Notes under the pieces: model-generated | Told to the model about the DNA's origin: nothing | Seen by the model: the letters and a program-made list of their open reading frames with translations, nothing else | Database searches by the model: none | Translations under genes and position numbers: made by a program | Part shown: piece by piece, positions 52,540 through 63,900 of the stretch | Layout of the letters: every line of letters starts with the position of its first letter | Numbering within the stretch: position 1 is the first letter of the stretch | Assembly: GCA_013265495.1 (NCBI GenBank) | Contig: MU057615.1 | Span: 186,001 to 250,000, forward strand | Direction of reading: 5' to 3' | Source of the DNA: Vicugna vicugna | Lineage: Eukaryota | Length of the DNA stretch: 64,000 nt

Positions 52540-52985
52540 TCCTGCCATGGGAAATCAGGGAAGAGTTGTCATTTTAAGTTACTAAAACTGAGATTTAACA
52601 GTAGGAGGAGTTTGGGGAACAAAGAAACTGAGGCCCAGGGACTCACAGTGTGTGAGAAAGAGGGACAGGTGCTGAGGGTGGAAATGTCCGGCTGGAGATC
52701 TCAACAGTTTTCCGAGTATTGGGAGCTTTGGAATCAAAAAAATGACGGGCTCACCGGTGTGTTTGAGAAAGATTGTTGTGTAGCGGAACGCAGGGAGAGC
52801 CGGAGAGAGAGGAGCGGAGACCCGCGGCCCGTTGGAGAGCTGTGTGTGGTGCTGCAGCGGGAGCGGGACGGGGGCGGGTGCCGGAACCGACGAGGGTTCC
52901 GGAGGCGCCGAGTGCGAAGCTAGCGGAGAGGAAGGAATCGGAACTGACTCCAGTGGCTGAAGTCTGTGTGACTGGACAATGAAGA
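52540..52985 (-). mobile_element. L2 fragment, partly CpG-enriched
   Basis: aaactgagatttaacagtaggaggagtt...aaggaatcggaactgactccag...gtctgtgtgactgga follow L2 consensus order. Confidence 0.6.
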
Positions 52986-52989
52986 CACA

Positions 52990-53134
52990 GGTTGCTAAAT
53001 ACTGAATTTTATTTATATTTATATATATGTACAGGCTAATATTACGTACATACTCAAATTATAATATATTCTAATTATATATATATATACACACACACAT
53101 ACACACACACACACACACACANNNNNNNNNNNNN

Positions 53135-53187
<53 letters not shown>

Positions 53188-55126
53188 CTGGCTTTCTGGG
53201 CTGGTATAATTAGTTGCGCTTGAACATAAAATGCAGGGTGAATTTCCCTATAGCCAGAGAACAAAGGGGAGTCACGTCTGCAGTAACTTTCACAGAAGAG
53301 GGTTATGTCATTTCTTCAGAAGAGACACGCTTCTCCCGAGTTTAACATCTAACAAGAATTTACTTAATGCAAGGGGAACGGTAGAAATGACAGAGGATGG
53401 CGTCCCCAGCTTCCGCTCCCACTAGGACGTCACAGAAGTTGTCCAGGTTAACCTTGGAAACCTTCCAGCTTTGCAACACGCTGACCAAACCCAGGGTCTG
53501 TCTGTCTCATGCTGCAAACCTTCTGAGGGTATTTCTTTTACTGCTTAACTGGAATAACAGAATCTTACCTGCTTTCTGAGCCTTGTGAGATATTTTCCAC
53601 AGTTCAGTTTTTCAGATTATTAAAGAAGAGAACAAAGAAACCTTTAGAACCCTGTGCTTGACTTTTGGGGTAACAAGTATTTTAAGGGAAGGGCCGAGCT
53701 GCCTTCTCTTTCCTAGAAATGTGGTTTTGGGCTCCCCGGGGAGTTGCAGACCGAATTTATTCTTTTGCTCATACCTGACTGCATCCTTTACTGCTCTGGT
53801 TTTTTTTCCTTTAGTGATAATAACAAAAAGCATTTCCCATCAGTGCCTATTTTTGGCAACTTAAACAACAACCCGAAGGGTAGTGTGTCGGAGGTGCAAT
53901 TTCCCCTTGGTTTGCACCATAAACTCTGGAGAAATCACCGCTCTTGTCGCAAGTTGTTTCTTCTCTCCTACTCACGTTCCCAGCCATCACGGTGGCCTTC
54001 GGGCTTTCCTTCCATGCAAAAGGTTCAAGCCTGGAGGTATCTTACAGATCATCTCATCTGAGACCTTTCATTCCGTTCATGAGGACCAGGGCCCAGGGAG
54101 GTCACCTGTGCTTCTCAGAGGCACGTAGCTGACCCGTGGTGGGTACCACGCGGTGGGAAGCCGTGCCTTCTGCCTGCTGCTCCGGGGGCCTTTTCACGGC
54201 TCAAAGTTGGGAGGGATCATGGGAGGTAAAGTCCAAAGTCAGCCCAGCAACCCGCACTTGTCTTTCTTTGAAGATTGATAAGCTGTCAATCAGTCAGTAC
54301 GGAGCTGTTAGACACAGGTTGGTCTGAAGATGCATAAAACGGATGCTGCCTTGAGGTGTCTGCAGGGTGGCTGCAGGGCGGGCAGATGCGATTGGGAGGA
54401 GAGGGAGGTCGCCGTCGCTGCCTGGTGGAGTGGAAACCGCACGGCTCCACGTGTCCCGGGACAGCCCAGCGTGTCAGGACACTGGGGCCAGAACCGGGGA
54501 CAGGCTCGGGGACAGCCTGGGGTGGCCGGCCGGCAGAGGGAGGAGGCCCCATGAGGGAGGCTCCCGAAGCCCTGCGGGTGAAGGGAGGGAGCCTGGTGGC
54601 AGGCACGCGGGCCGGAGGGAAGACACAGCTCGGGAGGCGCGGACTTCCGTGGGACACGTGTGTCCGCTGAACGTTTCTTCGCAGCTGGAACACACAGGTC
54701 GCCACAAGCCAGGGATCCCTCCTTGTGAGCGTTTTTTCTTTTTTCTTTTCCTTTTTGTTGTCTTAGAACCGTTTAAGACTCTGTGGTACATAGGGACCCT
54801 GCCAAACCGCTCTGAGCCGTTTAACCCCATCTGGTGGCCACTCATCACCTCCTGAGTCACGACAGGCGGAGCGAGGGAGGGAGGGGACCGAGGGGGAGCA
54901 GCTGGCCCCTTCCTCTTGCATTTCCTGAGCCCCAGACCAAATGACCTAGGGGATCCCCAGGACGTAAATCCAGAGCAGATCGAGCAGACTGATGGTCTTC
55001 AAATGAGGACTGAAAATACTGCTGTACAGGACTCCGAGGGAGAGACTGCGGCTGAGAGCGCACTTTGGACCCGGAACCGGCAGATGCCACCTCTCACTGA
55101 CTCTGAGGAGGGTGCTCGCGCCCTCC
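52990..55126 (-). mobile_element. Putative ERV1 internal region (leader and degraded gag-like sequence)
   Basis: Directly abuts the LTR 3' end with TGGAGG (PBS-like); GC-rich leader; degraded RYLQAW-like and CLSCQK.GH...C-like motifs on the minus strand. Left boundary uncertain. Confidence 0.5.
53088..53184. repeat. (CA)n microsatellite containing an assembly gap (13 N, 53122-53134)
   Basis: Directly visible. Confidence 0.95.
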
Positions 55127-55686
55127 AGATACAGGACAACGTGGGCGAGAGGACGGCCGTACCCAGGGCTCCGCGGAGTCCTTGGGACGCTCCCGGCAAG
55201 TGAGGCTCCTGGGCTTCGCACAGGGAAGAGTTCAAGAGCAGGGCCATTGTAGAGAGAAAGCAGATTTACTCAGGGAGAATGCACACTCCATAGACTGAGT
55301 GAAGGCCATCTCCGAAGGCGAGAGAAAGGCCATGAGGTGTAGGGGTGGATGTTTAGTTTAAAATAAAAGTAGGCACACTCCATAGGCAGAGTGTGGCCGT
55401 CTCACTCAGAAGGGAGAGCGGCCACCAGGTGCGGGGTGTTAGTTTTATGGGCTCAGTACCTTCATGTGCTAACAAGTGAGGATTATGAAGACCACTTTGG
55501 AAAGGGGCGCGGATTCCTGGGAGCTGTCCTGGCCCCTGAGGGAGGACCATTTAGCAGGTGTTACATTTCCATAAGAGTCTGTTGAAGCCCAGGGTCTACC
55601 GGGAGTAGAATCTTGCACCACGTTGGAGCTAACTGCTGTGTCCTTCTTTTACTGGTTGTGCCCTGCCCCCCTTCCCTCCTGTCTCA
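55127..55686 (-). mobile_element. ERV1 (MER41-like) LTR, probable 5' LTR
   Basis: Reverse complement starts tgagacaggagggaagggggcagggcacaacc and ends cctgtatc, matching both termini of the 27930-28569 LTR. Confidence 0.85.
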
Positions 55687-56059
55687 GTCCCATGCTGCCA
55701 GCAGGGAAGCAGGAGACGAGGGTGACTTGCTGAAGCCCACAGGCCACACATTAGGGTTGGGTTTTGACCCTTAGTCACTACAGTTGAGCTTGAGGGTCAA
55801 GGTCAAGCAATGTTCTGTGTGTCTTCCCTGCCTGCCCCACACTTGACAGGGAAGAGGCAGAGGGTCACATGATGCACGTTCTTTGGCCCAATAGGAGTCA
55901 TGGGGATAGTGACACCTAACGCACAGGATTATGGAGGTGGACGACAAGAAACCCCCTTGCACGTGGAAGGAAGGGCCTCACGCATGCTCACTGGATAAGA
56001 ACGGATATCTGTATTATCTCTTAATTTTGCTATTGTTGACAAAGAGCCAGCGTAAGGGG

Positions 56060-56615
56060 ATAGATGGTCTGCTGGTTGGGTATCTCAAGGTAACATCTGC
56101 AAACCACCCCAAATATGTTCCTTCTGGTTCTTTTCCCTACTCACTAAATGCAAACCCTGTGTTTGCAGACCTTAGAGTTGTTCTTGACTTCTGTCTCTCC
56201 CTCGCACCCAGCCCCTGCATCCTCCAAGTGTCCAGTCCACTCAGCTTCCGCCTGGCCCCATGGTGGTCTGTCTGTGCGGATGCTGGCAGATGCCTCTTGG
56301 CACCACCTGGGCACTGACACTTCATCTCATCAGAGCAGCCACAGGGTCAGCTGGGCCCGCGCACTTGCCCTCTACCTCACTCAGAGCAAAGGCCAAGTTC
56401 ATACCGCTTCCCAAGCACAGCCACCTCCCACCCAGCTGTTCTGCCAGCGTCTCCAGGGGCTCAGCCACGCCGGACGCTGGGTCCCACACGTGCTGGGCAC
56501 ACCTGCCTCAGACCCCCGGTGTGAAAGTTCACCCCATTCAAGGAGCCTCTCCAGATTCCCCTGCGTATAACAGAACCCACGCCACACCCTCAAATTCTGC
56601 TTTATTTTTTCTGAG
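56060..56615 (+). mobile_element. L2 fragment
   Basis: ccttagagttgttcttgacttctgtctctccctcgcacccagc...acctctacctcactcagagcaaaggccaag-like L2 motifs. Confidence 0.7.
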
Positions 56616-56650
56616 ATGCCATGCAGGTTTTTGTTCGGGTCCACTGCCTC

Positions 56651-56747
56651 TTATTTACTTACTTATTTAATGGACGTACTGGGGATCGAACCCAGGACCT
56701 TCTGCGTGCAAAGCATGTGCTCTACCACTGAGTTCTACCCTGTACCC
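56651..56747 (-). mobile_element. tRNA-derived SINE, Vic-1-like (camelid)
   Basis: Reverse complement gggtagaactcagtggtagagcacatgctttgcacgcagaaggtcctgggttcgatccccagtacgtccattaaataagtaag. Confidence 0.8.
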
Positions 56748-57484
56748 TCTTCAAAGTGCTTTTGAACGAAGGACAAAAGGGTGGCTGAGGTAGCTGGCCA
56801 GCTCCGCAGTCAGTTCGCCTTGGCTCAAATCCGAGCTTGCACTGATCAGCTGGATGGCATCGGGCAATTGCTGTATCTTTCTACGTTTTAGTTTTAAGGT
56901 GATAAGTGGAGGGTAAATTAGATAACTTGTGGAGAATGTGAGCCTAGCTCTTGGAGACAAGAAAACTGACAGCAGGTTCCAATTATCCTTTGTGGCTTAT
57001 TCGCCAGGGAATACTACAAGTCCGCTCATCTCCTTCCCAGAAGCGCAGCATGGACTTCAGGAGAGTGCCACCCTCACTGTAGCCTTGAATCTTGTCTAAT
57101 TCACAGCATCATCCTCGTCTCCAGGATTCTGACTGCGAATAATGACTGTGTCTTGGGTCACATCTAACACTTCGGTGGAACCAACATGACACCTCCCACC
57201 CCTGAGAAGAACTGTCTGACGATGAGTGATGCTGGTTGTAGGTGGATGGGGACTGTGACAGCCCAGCGCTCATCAGGCGCCCGAGGAGGACAGGAATGTT
57301 CCTTGTCTGGGGAAGCACCAGGAGGAGCCTTTAAGGAATGCTGATTCACTTTCTCGCATTTTGTGGGTTATGGTGGCATGACGCCCCAACGAAGAGAATC
57401 TACTGTAGAAACAACATTTAGTTCAGTTTCACTGCGGGGTTCTCTCACGTGGGTGACCGTCTCATGTGCATTTAAAGCGTGATT

Positions 57485-57850
57485 CCATTATTACTCAGCT
57501 ATAAATAAGAGTGAAATTCTGCCATTTGCGACAACCTGGATGGACTTAGAGGGTATGATGCTTAGTGAAGTAAGTCAGAGAAAGATAAATACTCTATGTT
57601 ATCCCTTATAGGTGGAGTCTGAAAAATAAAACAAAGGAATGACTGTAACAAAATAAAAGCAGACTCACAGATGTGGAGAACGGATTTGTGGTTACCATTG
57701 TGGGGGAGGTGGGGCAACACTGGGGAAGGGGATTAAGAGGTACAAACTGCTAAGTACTAACTAGATCAGCAACTAGGATACAGGGAAACACAGCCATTAT
57801 GTTGTAACAACTTTAAATGGAGCATAATCTACAAAAATAGTGAATCACAC
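57485..57850 (+). mobile_element. L1 3' UTR fragment
   Basis: gaaattctgccatttgcgacaacctggatggacttagaggg...gagaaagataaatac...aagaggtacaaact. Confidence 0.85.
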
Positions 57851-58384
57851 AAAAAATGAAGCATGCTTCAACCCCCACAGTCTCAGTACCTCCCCCAGTC
57901 TTCTGGAAGACTTTCATGAACTGGATGAAAGCTCCCAGGGGTCAGTGGCTGCACCTGCTGTTTTCAGCAGCACACGTCCTGCACGCAGCCCAGGGCATGG
58001 GCAGCCCACGCTGCTGATTTTAAAGGGCTTTTGCTGACTGGAAGCTCTCAGTTCATACCCTAGCCTGGGACGTCATGGGACTTCTCATTCTCACGGGGAC
58101 AGCTCTGAGAGGGAAGGAGCGCTGTGTTAATTCTGAGGGAACAGCAGGAACAAATTGTGCTGTGCCAGGGAAGCCCAGGGTGTTCAGTGGTCCCAAATTC
58201 AACAGGGAAAGAAAGGCCTGTTTCCATTGGTGTCCTTTGTGAGTTGCAGTATGTTTGGCTCCTGCTGTCTGTGTGTCTCAAAATCTGCCACCAAATGGGA
58301 GCTGCTTAGTGAACTTCAGTCTATTACCTGGTGGGAGGTCTGCTTCCTGTGGATAAAGGAACAGACCAAGAGAACAGGGAGAAA

Positions 58385-59305
58385 AAGAGCATGCATGTGT
58401 ACAACTCAACAGTAAAAAGACAAATCGGTCCATTACGGATGGGCAAAGGGTCTGAATAGACATTTCTCTACAGAAGATGTACAATTAGCCAGTCAGCACG
58501 GGGAAGTACGCTGAGTATCATTAATCGTTAGGGAAATGCAAGTCAGAGTCACAGTGAGATGCCACTTTGCACCCAGCAGAGTGGCTGTATCACAAAAGAC
58601 ATTGTAACAAGTGTTGTTATGATATGGAGAAATTGGAAGCCTTGTACATTGCTGGTGAGGATGTAAAATGGTGCATCTACTTTGTAAAGCAGTTTGGCAG
58701 TTCCTCAAATAGTTAAGTACACAGTCACCATATGATTCATTACTTCAATTCCTAGGTATATACCCAAGAGAAATGAAAATGTATGTTCACAGAAAAACTT
58801 ACACATGAATGCTCAGAGCAGCATTATCCATAATATACAACAAGTGGAAAAAACCTAAATGTCCACTAACTGATGAATGGATAAAAGGGATATGATACAT
58901 CCACACAATGGAATATTATTCAGCAATAAAAAATGAAGTACCGAGGTATGCGACAATGTGGATGAAACTTGAAAATATTTTACTAAGTGAAAGAGCCTAG
59001 ACACAAAAGGACAAATATTTGCATGGCTCCACTTAGATGATTATCTAGAATAGACAAATTCATAGAGACACAAAAGTATATTAGTGGATGCTTGGGGCTG
59101 GGGTTAGGGAGGAATTAGATGTGATAGCTAAGAGGCATAGATAGGATTTCTTGTTGGACTGATTTAAATGTTCTGGAATTAAATACTGACAATCAATGCA
59201 TTGGTAATCAATTTTGAATATACTAAAAACCACTGAATTATCCACTCTTAAATGGTGATCTTTATGGTATGTGACTTACAGCTTGATAAAGCTGTTACTA
59301 AAAAT
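58385..59305 (+). mobile_element. L1MB-like ORF2 end and 3' UTR
   Basis: agggaaatgcaagtc...ttgctggtgaggatgtaaaatgg...tactaaaaaccactgaatt...gataaagctgtt. Confidence 0.88.
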
Positions 59306-60425
59306 AATTAGGTGATTTAGAAAGTGTATTAACCATAATGGATTTCACAGTTATGTAATAATTATAGTTTACTTTTGCTTTCTGTAACAATTGACTTGAA
59401 AAAGATGTCCTTGGTGGTGGTGGGAAGGATTTGGAGGGGGAGGAGGAGGGAGGTCTCAGTCTGCATCCCATCCTGACCTCTCAGCATCTCTATTTGTGAC
59501 TCTCATTCTTCCAATGAGCGAGTCCAGAAGTCAGTCTTTTACTGTGCTTCACTGTTTAGTTTAGCTTCTTTGCTGCCTTCCCGAACACTGAGCAGAGACT
59601 GGCCCTTCATGTGCTTTCTTCTCGTTCTGCCTACGAAGCCATTCTTAGTGAGTCACTTGAATCTCAGTGGGATTTACATTAGGGCCATGAAGTGGGAATG
59701 TGTAAACTGACTGAGCCTAAGATGGAAAACTCTGCGCTGATAGAGCAGCAGTGCTCTCAGCGTTATGTAAAACTTAAAGATTATTGAAGATCCCCTAAAA
59801 ACTTTTTATTGATGTGGGCTATCAAAATTTACTCTTTTAGAAATTAAAACTGAGGTGTTTTAATAATGCATTCATTAACTCATTTGAAAATAACAAAAAA
59901 GCCCATATTAGCAACATAAAAAAATTATGTTATCCCAAACTAAAAGACTTCGTGAGAGTTTAGTGACACTGCTTTAGATTTTCACAAATCTCTATATTAT
60001 CGGGCTTAAAAAAAGCCAGATGATTTTCATATCAGCTTCCACAGTCAGTATTTTGTGATACGTAATTTTGACTGAAGAAAGTCCAGCCTGAGAGATGTGT
60101 AGTTCAAAAATGGATGAGTATTGTATTAGACTTTTCAGATAATCATGGATATTCTTCTTCGATATCACATAAAATTCAACAAGTAGTGGTTTCTTAGGAT
60201 TTAGTTATAATACAGAGCCTAGTACTATGTAAATGAGCTCTTCGCGCCCTGTCACCCTGCGCTCCATCGGTCTGTACTGTACGTGGAGTATACTTTTTAC
60301 CCATGTGTGACTTGGTACATCCCGCCTTGGTCCTTTGTAAAATGCTGGTTCACAGAGTTATGCAGATCATCCAGATGTAGACGTAATAGCACAAAGATCA
60401 CCTTTGCTTTTGCTCTCGTCCATCT

Positions 60426-61017
60426 TGTAGATGTAAGTTCTTGCCTAGGACAGGAAAGAATTGCAGAGCGAGGCGTAGTAAAGTGAAAGCAAGTCCATTT
60501 AGAGAGAGACACACTCCGTGGACAGAGTGTGGTCTGTTGCACTCAGAAGGAGGGGTGGCTTCGGGGACACACATTCCACAGAGTGAATGTGGACTATCTC
60601 AAAGAGCAAGAGGGAGAGAGATGGAAAGCAGTGGGGGTGTTTAGCTTAAAGTAAAAGTAGATTGCACTCCACAGACAGAGCGTGGGCTGTCTCGAAGACA
60701 AGAGAGACAGCGACCGTGGGTTCTGAGTTGGTAGTTCCAATGCGCTGGGTAATTTCATATGCTAACGGGTAGGAGAATTATGCCAGTTATGCTGGGGAAG
60801 AGGCGAAGATTTCCAGGAAGTGTCCTCCCTTCCACCCCACCTGCTTTTTGCCCTTTTATTGTCAGCCTAGGAAGTGTCATGGCGCCTTTGGGCGCGCCAT
60901 GAGGTCCAAGGTCTACTGGAAGGTGAATCTTCCGCCCTCTTGGTTCTAACCAGTATGTCCCCAGTGGCTGTGTCATTCCTTCAGTGGTTGTGCCGAAAAC
61001 CCTTCCCTCCGTTCTCA
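60426..61017 (-). mobile_element. ERV1 (MER41-like) solo LTR
   Basis: TG...CA termini, imperfect TSD atct/gtct, shares cacactcc...agagtgtgg repeats with the 55-kb LTR. Confidence 0.78.
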
Positions 61018-61038
61018 GTCTCAGGAGAACAGTATTTT

Positions 61039-61318
61039 ATTTAATTTTTTTTTATTGAGTTATTGTCAGTTTGCAATGTTGTGTCAGTTTCTGGTGCACA
61101 GCACAATTCTTCGATTGTACGTGAATATATATATTCAGTTTCATATTCTTTTTCATTGTGAGCTACTACAAGATACTGAATATATTTCCCTGTGCTATAC
61201 AGTATTAACTTGTTTATCTATTTTATATATACCAGTCAGTATCTGCAAATCTCAAACTCCCAATTTATCCCTCCCCACGCCTCGGCAACCACAAGTCTTA
61301 TTCTATGTCTGTGAGTCT
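61039..61318 (-). mobile_element. Young L1 3' end
   Basis: 15-bp TSD ggagaacag(t/c)atttt at 61024-61038 and 61319-61333. Confidence 0.88.
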
Positions 61319-61789
61319 GGAGAACAGCATTTTGAGTATTGGGAAGCTGTCAAGCTCATGATGGTGGATACAAGTTTTCCAAAATTCTAATGTCAACTTG
61401 AAGTCTCAAAATTTAGCATTGGCAACAAATATTGGCAATTGTTTAACTAGAAGTGATAGACTCCCTTCAGTCATTTTCAAGAAAATGTCTACCAAACACC
61501 CAAGTCTGAAAATAACCACAATTTGTCTACCAGTTGTTCTTCCAAGTGAAAATGCTACTTCATGAGAGACGTTTGGCCCTTTAGCACCTTGGGTTTAAGG
61601 CTGATTGGAGATGAACAGTGTAGATACATTCTGAATTCTTTCTGGGAACTGCTTCACTGGGCAGGGGTCTTCTCAGCTCTAGGAAGTGTTATTTGGGTGC
61701 AAATCAAGGTGAGTGGAGATGGAAAAGGAAGTGTGAGGAGGAGGGCTTGCCATCAGGAGCAAAGCAAACAGTAAGTCCTGAGGGTGAGA

Positions 61790-62572
61790 GTCAGAAGTCC
61801 ACAGATGATAAATGCTGGAGAGGGTGTGGAGAGGCGGGGACCCTCCCAGACTGCTGGTGGGAATGTCGCTTAGTGTAGCCGTTATGGAAAACAATATGGA
61901 GATTCCTCAAAAGACCAAAAATGGACTAACCATATGATCCAGCAATCCCACTCCTGGGGAAACTTAGAATCCAGAGGGAAACTTAACTCAGAAAGACACC
62001 TGCACCTCAGTGTTCATAGCAGCACTGTTTACAATAGCCAAGACATGGAAACCACCTAAGTGTCCATTGACAGATGACTGGATAAAGAAGTTGTGCTGTA
62101 TTTATACAATGGAACACCACTCAGCCATAAAAAATGATAAAATAATGCCATTTGCAGCAACATGGATGTCCCTGGAGAATGTCATTCTAAGTGAAGTAAG
62201 CCAGAGAAAGACAAATACCATATGATGTCACTTATATGTGGAATCTAAAAAGAAAAGACAAATGAACTTATTTAAAAAACAGAGACAGACTCTCAGACAT
62301 AGAGAACAAACTTGCGGTTACCAGAGGGGAGGGGGGCATGGGAAGGGATAAACTGGGAGTTCGAGATTTGCAGATACTGACTGATCTATATAAAATAGAG
62401 AAACAAGTTTATACTGTATAGCACAGGGAACTATATTCAATATCTTGTAGTAGCTCACGGTGAAAAAGAATATGAAAATGAGTATATGTTTATTCATGCA
62501 TGACTGAAGCATTGTGCTGCACACCAGAAACCGACACAGCATTGTAAGCTGACTAGACCGCAATAAAAAAAA
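61790..62572 (+). mobile_element. Young L1 ORF2 end plus 3' UTR with poly-A
   Basis: Peptide MFIAALFTIAKTWKPPKCPLTDDWIKKL...MPFAATWMSLENVILSEVSQ; AATAAA and A-tail. Confidence 0.92.
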
Positions 62573-63299
62573 ACGAAGTGGCACACCCTCAACCCAGAGG
62601 GAAGCTGAGCCCCGAGCCAGCCGGTCTGCCTGAAGCCCTTTACCCCTGCAGGGTTTACTGAGGTCCAGAAAAGAAAAGAGACGTCAGAGCACAGGATATG
62701 TGATAAATGAGCCACTGGATGAACATTTAAAGAATGCAAGGAGGAAGTACTGCATAGATATGGTTTAATCCGCACTCAAACACATATATCAAGAGCCTTC
62801 TATGGGTGAAATGTGGCACCATCTAAAAGTGATTTTTTAAAAAAATTTTTCTCGTGAAGCATGCAGAAATGTCGGAGGCCCTGGGTGCAGCATGCTCTGA
62901 AAGCTTGTGGGTTTGGGCCCCAAAGCTCCATGAAGGGCTAGCTCTGAGCCCCAGTTTACAGAGTGATGCAGTGCAGAGGGCCACTTCTCAGGGGTCCTGG
63001 TAGAAGTGTCTGGGGACTCCTGCACTGGAGCTGTTACTTGGTTGGGTGGATACCTTAGATCCAAGAGCTGCAGTGACACCTGATGGTGGATGAGATACAC
63101 TGCAAGGTCTTTTTGTGGGCAGGGAAGTGTGGGGATGAAGCTGCAGAGAGGCACACTGGGTAGGAGGGAGGCCCCAGGCTGTCTTCCCCTCCGGGACATC
63201 ACAGAGGCTTCCTGGTCACAAGCTGGCCCCACCTCACAGAGGTGCCCCAAACGCAGTGTGAGCTGGGCCCGCCTGAGGTTGCACTGGCATGCGAGTGGT

Positions 63300-63900
63300 C
63301 CACTTGCCCAAAGAGGACAAGCCCTCGCAGTCAGAGCTGCTTTGTTTAAATGTTACATAATTATAAATAAAACATACTCATTCTTATCGTTCTATCTCCC
63401 TCTCAGCCATTTTTTCTTTTTTGACAGTTATGTTCAATTTTAATTAGATTTGTAATATTTTACACAGTAGCCTGTAATTAAAACTTAATTTAATGAGAAA
63501 ACACATTTATTTAGTTCTTTATTTTTGCAAGTAATCAAATTACGTACAAAACAAAAGCTAGGATAAACAATACAATTATATTAGCCAGGATGTTATAAAT
63601 TCTCATTTGGAGCCGTGGAAACAAACATTTGTGGTCTGTCCCCATGGTTAAAAACATAATAAAATGTACAAGAAGAAGGAACGTGTCTTTATGGCTAGAC
63701 ATCTTCCACATAAGTATTGCATTTAAATTTTTTGTAAACCTTTCTGTGAAGTTGCTATAGGCAAATGGTATGTTACAGTTATAGTTTGGGGACATTTATT
63801 AAATAATTTCTGTAATTTCTGCACATGTTTATCTTAAACTGCCATCCAGACCCTTTCTTTCAGTAAGAGATTCAAAGCAGAGGCTTATGTCGAGCAGGGA
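63300..63900 (-). mobile_element. Possible ancient hAT transposase remnant
   Basis: Minus-strand SPNYNCNIPFAYSNFTERFTKNLNAI loosely resembles the hAT C-terminal dimerisation motif. Confidence 0.3.

Larger units (their letters stand above)
59748..61570. mobile_element. Charlie1-like hAT DNA transposon split by an LTR and an L1
   Basis: cagtgctctca...ttattgaagatcccc...agaaattaaaactgag, and after the inserts gtattgggaagctgtcaagctc...tacaagttttccaaaattctaa. Confidence 0.8.

Noticed and set aside
53122..53134. Run of N bases
   Set aside because: Assembly gap inside a (CA)n repeat; true length unknown, so adjacency across it should be treated cautiously.
54286..55247. Many overlapping 75-160 aa GC-rich ORFs
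   Set aside because: Expected from stop-codon scarcity in a GC-rich ERV leader/LTR; no coherent protein motif or splice structure.
60505..60700. Three spaced cacactcc..agagtgtgg repeats, superficially repeat-spacer-like
   Set aside because: Internal repeats of the LTR family (also at 55280-55400), degenerate and in a mammalian context; not a CRISPR array.
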